Assembly (NCBI RefSeq): GCF_002432345.1
Contig: NZ_DJDT01000299.1
Location: 2,454 to 66,453 of the forward strand
Reading direction: 5' to 3'
Length of the DNA: 64,000 nt
Source: Pedobacter sp. UBA5917
Lineage (GTDB): Bacteria; Bacteroidota; Bacteroidia; Sphingobacteriales; Sphingobacteriaceae
Shown: positions 28,167-35,799 of the stretch, piece after piece
Numbering within the stretch: the first letter of the stretch is position 1
Layout of the letters: the number at the start of each line of letters is the position of its first letter
Translations under genes and position numbers: made by a program
Notes under the pieces: generated by a model
What the model saw: the letters and a program-made list of their open reading frames with translations, nothing else
Database searches by the model: none
Told to the model about the DNA's origin: nothing

Positions 28167-30302
28167 TTAATATTGAGATGTTATGGGCAACAGCACATGT
28201 GGCGCTGCCGGTTTTGGGTTTATTTTAATTGTGAAATTGATCTGGGTACTGCAACCATCGGCATTTTTGATGGTTAGGATACCTGAATGCGTTCCTGTTG
28301 CGGCATCAAAAGGAACCGTAAAAGGTATATTTCCAGGCGGTAAAGCCTGATTATTTATTGCTGTAAATCCGGCAGTGTTCCAACTGATGCTGTAAGTTGT
28401 TGGATTATTTAAAGGATTGTTATAACTTAATGATGAACTGGTAAAACCTGAGCAGATTTCGGGCGCTGCCCCTAATGTTAAACCTGGAGGTGCTGCAACG
28501 GTTAAATTAAAATCGGTAGAATTTGTACAAACAGCTGGTCCATCGGGAATAGTATACCTAATTACTGTTGTTCCGGCAGCAACTCCAGTTACTTCTCCTG
28601 TACCTGCATTTACCATCGCAATAAGCGGATTGGTACTTAACCATGTGCCGCCAGGATTTACATTATTTAAAGTAGTGGAAGAACCAATACAGATTTTATT
28701 GATGCCTGTTGTTGTGCCTACAGTGGCAATCGGCTTTACCTGGATGGCAAGCGCTGCACGGCTGGCACTTACGCAGCCTGTGATTTGGTTTACCGCCTCA
28801 ACATAATAAGTTGTGTTTGCAGTAAGCGCAGGTGTTGTATAAGTGGTACCGGTTTGTTTTAAGTTCCCGCCGGTAACCGCATCGTACCATTTATAAGTGA
28901 TACCCGGAAGTGGATTATCGACCGAAAGATTTACAGCTGAGCCACTGCACGAAATTACATTGGTAACCGAAACAGTTGGCAGAGGATTAACCTTTAACGT
29001 TACTTTTACCCGTTCGGAAATAGAGGAAATACAATTATTACGCCTCGATTCTACATAATAAACGTAATCGCCAACAGGTAATACACCCAAATTATAAGAA
29101 CTGCCGGTAAATAGTGGCGTGGGAGTATTTTTATCAGCGTACCATTTATAGGTAGTACAATCCTGCAGGTTATCAATAGATAGAATAGTGCCCTGGCCCG
29201 AACATACATTACCGGCATAAAGCTGTTGCCCGTTAATCAACGGTATGGGCTTGGGGATTACCTTGGTTACATTATAAATATGGAGTTCGGCACCAATCGC
29301 CAATACACCTCCCCATGATATTTTTACACGGTCGAAAACTGCCGATACCGGAAAAGAAACCTCATACTTAGTGGTACCAGCAATCGGTTTAACCGTTACA
29401 TTACCATTATTAAAAGCGCCACCCGCTGTAGCATTTCCCAGGTAAGGCTGAATGGTGAAACCACTGAACAAGCTTAGGCCTCCGCCACCATCGTAAACAA
29501 TTTTAATAGAGTCGAGCGGTTGACTTTCTTTAGCAAATATTGCTGTTATAAATGCCTCATTGGCAGCCTGAAGCCCGGTGTTAATGGTTGCATAAGTGGC
29601 GTAAGCAGGATCAGCATCTATAGCAGCATACGGATTACTTACCGAAGCTGTAGCATTGAGAATGCCGGCACCGTTTACCCCTGCCAATACATCAATACCT
29701 TTATCACATTCGATATCCAAAGGGTTATCTTCTAAAATATAGGCTCCGTATATCTCTGCCGATACCCCCAGAGAAGCCGCTGCCGTAACCTTAATATAAA
29801 CACCATTATAGGCCTGGGCAGGAGTTAAAAAAAGTTCGATTGCTCTTCCACCGCCCAATACACCTGCTATTGGATTGGAATATAATGCTGTACGCGTAGC
29901 TGCTTTGGTATTCGTATCAAAATTGGTAAAAGTTCCGATTTCGATTGTTCCTGACAGACTTAAAGCAGCTGCAGGACTGGATACTTTTACTATCACAGTT
30001 TTATTTGCAGGAATCAGACGTTTACCCAAATCGGTACCATCTGTACTAAACTCCAGAAACTGTGTAACGGATGATGTACTCAACAAACTATTGATAGAAG
30101 ATGTAGAAGCTGTTGACGGATCTGAATCAGCTGCTTTTGATCCATTGGTTAGGCTGGCAGATGCTCCCAATCCCCGGATAATCTGCGAATCCTGAAAACT
30201 AGCGTATACGCGGCTTTGATTCGTACACAACTGTGCATACAAAGGCCCTGAGAGGACCAAAAACAGTCCCAAGAATAAGAATAGACAAAAAAACCGCTTC
30301 AA
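28167..30302 (-). CDS. large secreted adhesin-like protein: two N-terminal unknown beta modules + Ig-like/BIG2-like repeats, no CTD (cassette 2)
   Basis: TTG start. Signal peptide ...LSGPLYAQ followed by LC. Repeats of C-x-G...Y-K-W-Y...Y-Y-V-E...C. BIG2-like GTWLSTNPLIAMVNAGTGEVTGVAAGT. Confidence 0.8.
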   Translation of the reverse strand: MKRFFCLFLFLGLFLVLSGPLYAQLCTNQSRVYASFQDSQIIRGLGASASLTNGSKAADSDPSTASTSSINSLLSTSSVTQFLEFSTDGTDLGKRLIPANKTVIVKVSSPAAALSLSGTIEIGTFTNFDTNTKAATRTALYSNPIAGVLGGGRAIELFLTPAQAYNGVYIKVTAAASLGVSAEIYGAYILEDNPLDIECDKGIDVLAGVNGAGILNATASVSNPYAAIDADPAYATYATINTGLQAANEAFITAIFAKESQPLDSIKIVYDGGGGLSLFSGFTIQPYLGNATAGGAFNNGNVTVKPIAGTTKYEVSFPVSAVFDRVKISWGGVLAIGAELHIYNVTKVIPKPIPLINGQQLYAGNVCSGQGTILSIDNLQDCTTYKWYADKNTPTPLFTGSSYNLGVLPVGDYVYYVESRRNNCISSISERVKVTLKVNPLPTVSVTNVISCSGSAVNLSVDNPLPGITYKWYDAVTGGNLKQTGTTYTTPALTANTTYYVEAVNQITGCVSASRAALAIQVKPIATVGTTTGINKICIGSSTTLNNVNPGGTWLSTNPLIAMVNAGTGEVTGVAAGTTVIRYTIPDGPAVCTNSTDFNLTVAAPPGLTLGAAPEICSGFTSSSLSYNNPLNNPTTYSISWNTAGFTAINNQALPPGNIPFTVPFDAATGTHSGILTIKNADGCSTQINFTIKINPKPAAPHVLLPITSQY

Positions 30303-30503
30303 TTTGTTTGGGAGAGCAAAAATTCAGGGTTATGTTTGGTTACGTAAAAATGGAACGAACGGTTTTTCGAACATTCATTTTATTCATTTTTCAACCAACA
30401 CAAAACTAATCAACGCTCATGTAATCCATGTTAAGAAAACATGCAACCACAAACAAAAAGCAAACAAATTAGGAATATTTATACGATTTTCAGGAGACTA
30501 CCG

Positions 30504-31475
30504 TTAGAAGTAGCATTTAGGTCTTCTGCTTTTAGCTGTTTGCAGGTAATATCCTATTGATATTTCGTGCGAACCATAATCATAGCTACCCAATTTATTT
30601 AAACTATAATCGTAACCATAGCCAATCCTCAGGTTTTCGCGCACAAAGAATTCAGCAATTAAACCAATAGCGCTCCTCGCCCTTAAATCAGCCTGCAGAT
30701 CGGGTTTTGGATAGAGCTTAACAGATGTTCTGTACACTCCGCCCAACCAGAGCTTTTCTTTGATCATTAAAAAAGCATTCAGGTCTAACGATGTTGGTCC
30801 GTTCAGGTCATCTTTGATCAGAAACGTTGGTTTGAACATAAAATCGTTATTCACCGGAAATACCATACCCGCAGTGAGGTAAAAATGCGGTTTCGCGGTA
30901 ATGCTGAGTAAATTATTATCCCTAAAAACAGGAAGATATTGCGTAAGCAGGTTATTGGCTGAAAAACCTACAAAAAATTTTTCGTTGGAGTAATGTACTC
31001 CTGCCCTTATATCGGGAACAATCCGGCTTTCGTAACCCGTAGGGATCCGGTTGTCGTTTATTTCGCTTGGGTCTAATAAGCTGCCGTTAAGCCCCATCTG
31101 CAATACGCCTAGTCCGATCCCAAATGCAAGTACATTGGTTTCGGTACGGTCGAGTTTAATTCGGTAAGCAAAATTACCGGATAAATTGAGCGAGGTTTGC
31201 GCACCGATCTTATCTTTAGTTACCAAAAGGCCCAAACCGAGACTTTCTTCTTTAACGGCCTCATCAACAGATATAGAAAGCGTTTGCGGTGCACCCTGTA
31301 TACCGGCCCACTGTGCCCTAACAAAAGCCTGCATGTAAAGTTCTTCTTTATAACCTGCATAGGCCGGATTAATATATAAACCATTGAACACATATTGCCC
31401 GAACTGTGCGTTTTGCTGGGCGAACAAACACAAACAGATTAAATTAAATAATGCCGTTAAAATTATCTTTTTCAT
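30504..31475 (-). CDS. T9SS PorP/SprF-family outer-membrane protein (cassette 1)
   Basis: QQNAQFGQYVFNGLYINPAYAGY... Colinear with 25461..26441 and has the same SRRPKCYF end. Confidence 0.9.
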   Translation of the reverse strand: MKKIILTALFNLICLCLFAQQNAQFGQYVFNGLYINPAYAGYKEELYMQAFVRAQWAGIQGAPQTLSISVDEAVKEESLGLGLLVTKDKIGAQTSLNLSGNFAYRIKLDRTETNVLAFGIGLGVLQMGLNGSLLDPSEINDNRIPTGYESRIVPDIRAGVHYSNEKFFVGFSANNLLTQYLPVFRDNNLLSITAKPHFYLTAGMVFPVNNDFMFKPTFLIKDDLNGPTSLDLNAFLMIKEKLWLGGVYRTSVKLYPKPDLQADLRARSAIGLIAEFFVRENLRIGYGYDYSLNKLGSYDYGSHEISIGYYLQTAKSRRPKCYF

Positions 31476-31497
31476 ATCCTCACCTTTTAACTTTCAT

Positions 31498-32436
31498 CTA
31501 TCTGATCACGGTAACATAACCTTTAAATTCCTGCCACTGCCCATTGGTAGCTTTTACCTTAAGTATGTAGAAATACGTTCCATCTACCAGGCCGTTGGCG
31601 GTCCAATCGTTTAAATAACCATTTTTCTCATATACCGTACTCCCCCAGCGGTTAATAATGGTTAGCTGGTTTTCGATGTAACGATCGAGGCGTTCGATAG
31701 AAAAAGTTTCGTTTTTACCATCGCCGTTCGGCGTAAATACGTTCGGGATTTTAAGTCCGGTAATTTCCTTGGTATCAACCGAGGTATTGTTCGATAGATC
31801 AGGATCGGGTTCATTGATGGTAACCGTGGCACTATTCACTACATTACCAGGTTTCATGGCCCTAACGTTAACAACCAGCTCAACAAAACTGCCATTGGCC
31901 AACGAAGGTATGGCCCACGAAACCGTTCGGGTTTGTTCGTTATAACTTGCAGTACCTACAATGGTGGGATCAACGCTTACAAATGTCAGGTTTTCAGGAA
32001 GATCATCCTTCACCTGTACATTGGTGGCCATCCCGAGGCCATTATTGCGCACCAATAAATTATATTTAAAAACTTCGGTATTGATTACCTGTCTGTTCTC
32101 TGATCTTTTTAGGATGGAAACATCAGCTGAGATAACCGATTCCATAATCACCTCCATTTCTTCTGAAAGATCGGAACTGCAGCCGCCAAGGCTAAAAGTA
32201 ATCACGGTATATTTTCCTGCGGTGCTTACCACATAATCCTGTTGGGTAGCACCAAAAATAGCATCACCATTCCTGAACCACTGGTAAGAGGTTGCCCCTG
32301 TACCGTTGGCCCTGAGTTTAACCGTAACGCCCGGTTTGAGGTTAAGCACATTGGGATTGTTAGATTGCGCAAAGCATGCTACCGCTGGGAGCAGCAGCAC
32401 GCTAAACACAATTATCCCTAACCTGCTAAACACCAT
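31498..32436 (-). CDS. small T9SS cargo: Ig-like + DUF11 + type-B CTD (cassette 1)
   Basis: IPNVFTPNGDGKNETF...INRWGSTVY...DGTYFYIL...KGYVTVIR. Colinear with 26458..27402. Confidence 0.85.
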   Translation of the reverse strand: MVFSRLGIIVFSVLLLPAVACFAQSNNPNVLNLKPGVTVKLRANGTGATSYQWFRNGDAIFGATQQDYVVSTAGKYTVITFSLGGCSSDLSEEMEVIMESVISADVSILKRSENRQVINTEVFKYNLLVRNNGLGMATNVQVKDDLPENLTFVSVDPTIVGTASYNEQTRTVSWAIPSLANGSFVELVVNVRAMKPGNVVNSATVTINEPDPDLSNNTSVDTKEITGLKIPNVFTPNGDGKNETFSIERLDRYIENQLTIINRWGSTVYEKNGYLNDWTANGLVDGTYFYILKVKATNGQWQEFKGYVTVIR

Positions 32437-32455
32437 GGCGGTTAAACTTTATAAC

Positions 32456-33184
32456 TTAAGGTGCTACAGCAATTGTTGCTTTGCCTGGTTTAACAGTAAC
32501 CGTAATGGCTTTTGAAGCTGTAGCGGTACAACTTGTAGAAGGCACAATAAGCGCAGAACCAACTGCATATTTACCCTCTGCAGTAAATACATAGGCTTCT
32601 GGTGCAACTCCTGCTTTTAAAGTAAATAGTTCGTTATTGGTTCCCGAAACGGCTCCTAAGGTTGTAGGATCGCTCACCGCTACACCACCTTTGGTTGCTG
32701 TCCAGGTGTAAACCAAAGAAACGCCAGCCGGCAAAGTAAGACCTGCATCTTTACTTGCTGTAATTACAGTAGAAGCGGTTTGATCGGTACAGTAAACACT
32801 TCCTGGGGCATTCACTGTAATGGCAGGAGGAGGAAGCTTTTCTACAACAGTATTATCCGATGCATCACTCGGACAAAGATTTGCATCAGCCGGTATTACC
32901 TGAACGGAGTACGTGTGCGTTCCGGCAGTTAATGTGGCAGGCACATTAAAAATGGCATCTGCTGCTACATTGTAAGTTACAGGGCCTTGAGCAGTACCAT
33001 CAACCGTCCAGATAATTTTATCACCGGCCACTGGTGTATATCCGGTAAATGCTGGCGTAAGTTTTACCGTACCTGTTCCGCACAGGTATACATTTGGTGT
33101 GGTTTGTGCAAATGCACCAATCGGCAATAAGAACATCAGGAATGCAAAGATCCTTAAATAGTTTTTTGTAGTTTTTTTTGTCAT
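32456..33184 (-). CDS. secreted Ig-like-domain protein, no CTD (cassette 1)
   Basis: Signal peptide FLMFLLPIGAFAQ. Thr/Ala/Val-rich beta-rich sequence. Ends VKPGKATIAVAP. Confidence 0.7.
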   Translation of the reverse strand: MTKKTTKNYLRIFAFLMFLLPIGAFAQTTPNVYLCGTGTVKLTPAFTGYTPVAGDKIIWTVDGTAQGPVTYNVAADAIFNVPATLTAGTHTYSVQVIPADANLCPSDASDNTVVEKLPPPAITVNAPGSVYCTDQTASTVITASKDAGLTLPAGVSLVYTWTATKGGVAVSDPTTLGAVSGTNNELFTLKAGVAPEAYVFTAEGKYAVGSALIVPSTSCTATASKAITVTVKPGKATIAVAP

Positions 33185-33222
33185 GGCTTTAATTTGTTAG
33201 GGATGAATGATTTATTTCTTTT

Positions 33223-35430
33223 TTAATTAATAGATACTGTTGGTTTGTGCGGTACAAGCTTTACCCTAAAACTGAAAGGGATGGTGCGCTCGCAGCCATT
33301 TGCATTTTTAATGGTTAAATTCCCCTGGTACACGCCAACGGGTGTAGTAGCGGGTATATTGATGGTAATTTCGTTTGCCGGCAAAGTTTGGTTCGAAACA
33401 GCGGGAAGTACTCCCCCAAGCCACGAAATGCTGTAGCTAATGGGATCGAAAACCGGATTGGTATAGGTAAGCTTTGTTGAGCTCAGGCCCTCGCATATTC
33501 CCGGATCGGGGCCAAGGGTTAAATTGGGTTGCGGATTTACGGTTAAATTAAAATCAACCTTTTGCCCGCAGTAAGTAGCGTCGTCGGCAACTGTGTAGCT
33601 GATTACCGCATTACCTGCAGCAGCGGCTGTAACCAAACCCGCAGCATTTACTGTTGCAATAGCCGCATCACTACTGCTCCATGTACCACCCGGATAGGCA
33701 TTGGTAAAGGTTAAACTTGTTCCAGCACACATGGTTGCCGAACCAACAATAGCAGGTACAGGTGCATATTGTTTTACTTTAACCTCTACAGCCTTAGCGC
33801 CACCTGCATTTTTACATCCCGTTAGGGTATTTACAGCTTCAACATAATAAGTTGTGGTAGCGATAAGGGCTGGCGTGGTATAAGTTGTACCCACATTAAA
33901 TGGCGTACCACCGGAAGACGATACATACCAGTTGTAGGTAAAACCCGCATCAGGACTGGTAACCGCAAGCGTTGTTGCAGAACCGCTACAGATTGTTGCT
34001 CCCGGAACAGCAAGTGTTGGCAAAGGATTAACTTTTAGCTTTACCCTCAATCTTTCTGATACAGCAGTGATACAATATGTTCTGCTTGCCTGAACGTAAT
34101 AATTATATTCGCCGGCAGCAAGGGTTGATGGCGGCGTATAGGTTAACCCTGTACTTAATAATGTACCTCCTGTTTCGGCATCGTACCATTTATATTCGGT
34201 ACAGGCTTGTGCATTTTGAACAGAAAAACTTGCCGTTCCACCCTCACAGATGGTTTTCTCATCTGTTGTTGAGGGATCTACCAATGTTCTCGGCTTTGCA
34301 AGTTTACGTTTGATATCATAAATCCTTAAACGGCTAAATGCACCCGTAAGCCCACCCATCGAAATTTCTAAACGATCGTACACATCTGTTACAGGAAAAG
34401 TTAAGGTGTATTTGCTGGATGACCCGGGGAATAAATTTAGGCTCAAAAAAGTTCCGGTATTATCAAAAGCAGGTCCTGCTTTTGCTCCATTTAAATAGGG
34501 CTGTATGGTAAAACCTGTTAAAAGGCTAAGATTTAAAAGTCCCCCGCCCGGATTTTCGAGCACAATGGTTACAGAATCTGCAGGTTGCGAAGGTTTGTTG
34601 AAAACGGTTGTCAGATAAACCTGATTCAGGATAGAAGCCCCCACATCAATCAGGGCAAAACTATTGGGATCTGCATCAATTGCATTAAACGGATTGCTCA
34701 CCGTACCCGTTAAGTTAGCAATCCCCCCAAGCGGTGTTGGTTTTACCCCCGAAAGCACATCAATGGTTTCATCACAGTTAATCGAACCTGTGCTTAGCTC
34801 CATGATATAGGCATGGAATACTTTCATCGATAAAGCTGTAGAGAGTACCGCCCCGGCAATTTTGACATAGATTCCGTTAAAATCCTGTGTAGGTGTTACC
34901 GTAATTTCTACTTCTCCCCCTCCGCCTATTACGCCGGCAATGTTTGCTGAGGTATAAATCGGATTCCTTGTTGCGTCGTAACCCGGATCGTATCCGTAAC
35001 CGATTAAGGGCTTGCTCCCAGCAACGGCATGCAGATCAGTAAAACTCCCAATCTCAAAGCTGCTCAAAAGCCCCAACAATTCTTTTGGTAATGCCAGTTT
35101 AACCGTTACAGGCGTATTTGCAGCAATGGTTCGTTTGCCTGCATTGGTACCATCAGTAGTAAATTCGAGAAACTGTGTGGCCGAACCTGTAAGGTTCAAA
35201 AGTCCTATCGGAACCGATAGTGTTGACGCATCTTTAACCTGCCCATTAACAGCATTTGGCGCATCAGCAATACTACCATATAAATTTGCACCTAAAATGC
35301 CCAGCCCATCAATATATGAACCTTGAAAGTTAGCATAAGTCCGTGCTGTATTTTCACACTGTGCATATAAATATACAGGCATACAGCAAAACACAAATAC
35401 CAGGAAGGATAGACAAGAGCGCCTTTTCAA
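33223..35430 (-). CDS. large secreted adhesin-like protein, no CTD (cassette 1)
   Basis: TTG start. Signal peptide ...PVYLYAQ followed by C. Shares blocks with 28167..30302: TQFLEF(S/T)TDGT, VSNP..AIDADP, GFTIQPYL, LKVNPLPT, GTTYTTPAL.A.TTYYVEAVN..TGC, YSISW, LTIKNA.GC. Confidence 0.8.
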   Translation of the reverse strand: MKRRSCLSFLVFVFCCMPVYLYAQCENTARTYANFQGSYIDGLGILGANLYGSIADAPNAVNGQVKDASTLSVPIGLLNLTGSATQFLEFTTDGTNAGKRTIAANTPVTVKLALPKELLGLLSSFEIGSFTDLHAVAGSKPLIGYGYDPGYDATRNPIYTSANIAGVIGGGGEVEITVTPTQDFNGIYVKIAGAVLSTALSMKVFHAYIMELSTGSINCDETIDVLSGVKPTPLGGIANLTGTVSNPFNAIDADPNSFALIDVGASILNQVYLTTVFNKPSQPADSVTIVLENPGGGLLNLSLLTGFTIQPYLNGAKAGPAFDNTGTFLSLNLFPGSSSKYTLTFPVTDVYDRLEISMGGLTGAFSRLRIYDIKRKLAKPRTLVDPSTTDEKTICEGGTASFSVQNAQACTEYKWYDAETGGTLLSTGLTYTPPSTLAAGEYNYYVQASRTYCITAVSERLRVKLKVNPLPTLAVPGATICSGSATTLAVTSPDAGFTYNWYVSSSGGTPFNVGTTYTTPALIATTTYYVEAVNTLTGCKNAGGAKAVEVKVKQYAPVPAIVGSATMCAGTSLTFTNAYPGGTWSSSDAAIATVNAAGLVTAAAAGNAVISYTVADDATYCGQKVDFNLTVNPQPNLTLGPDPGICEGLSSTKLTYTNPVFDPISYSISWLGGVLPAVSNQTLPANEITINIPATTPVGVYQGNLTIKNANGCERTIPFSFRVKLVPHKPTVSIN

Positions 35431-35548
35431 TACTTTCGGGATGTGACGTAAAACGGTTTGTTTGTTGACACAAAAGTATGTCGGGCTGCGGCCATATTAG
35501 CCGTTCACTTTATTCATTAAACCCTTTAAAAATACGTAAAATGCTGTT

Positions 35549-35568
35549 TTGTTGACATTTATCAACAA
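35549..35568. promoter_or_regulatory. inverted repeat TTGTTGA-N6-TCAACAA upstream of the cassette
   Basis: Perfect 7 bp arms about 120 nt upstream of the TTG start at 35430. It overlaps the second copy of the direct repeat ACGTAAAA...TTTGTTGACA (35446-35470 and 35534-35557). Confidence 0.35.
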
Positions 35569-35799
35569 CCTGAAGTTTTAGGGTCAAAAGCTAAGACAAA
35601 TTACCCTTTGCAAAAAATTTCCTGATACAGGCTTGATTTATGATTATTTGGAAGCTCATAATCCCAATTAACCGGCACAAAATTTATTTAGCAAATAATA
35701 CTTGCAAGAGAAAAGAGTTATCGTATCTTTGCACCCTCTCTGGAAGCTTCCACTCCAGGGTTTAAGAAAGCTTTCCAGCAATGGGAGGCTTTTCTTATT

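Noticed and set aside
25461-35430. I considered whether each cassette is one large SprB-like adhesin gene broken by frameshifts or stops (711+231+314 aa, with the CTD only at the end).
   Set aside because: Each of the three ORFs in both cassettes begins with its own credible signal peptide. The ORF boundaries are conserved between the two diverged cassettes, so they are genuine separate genes.
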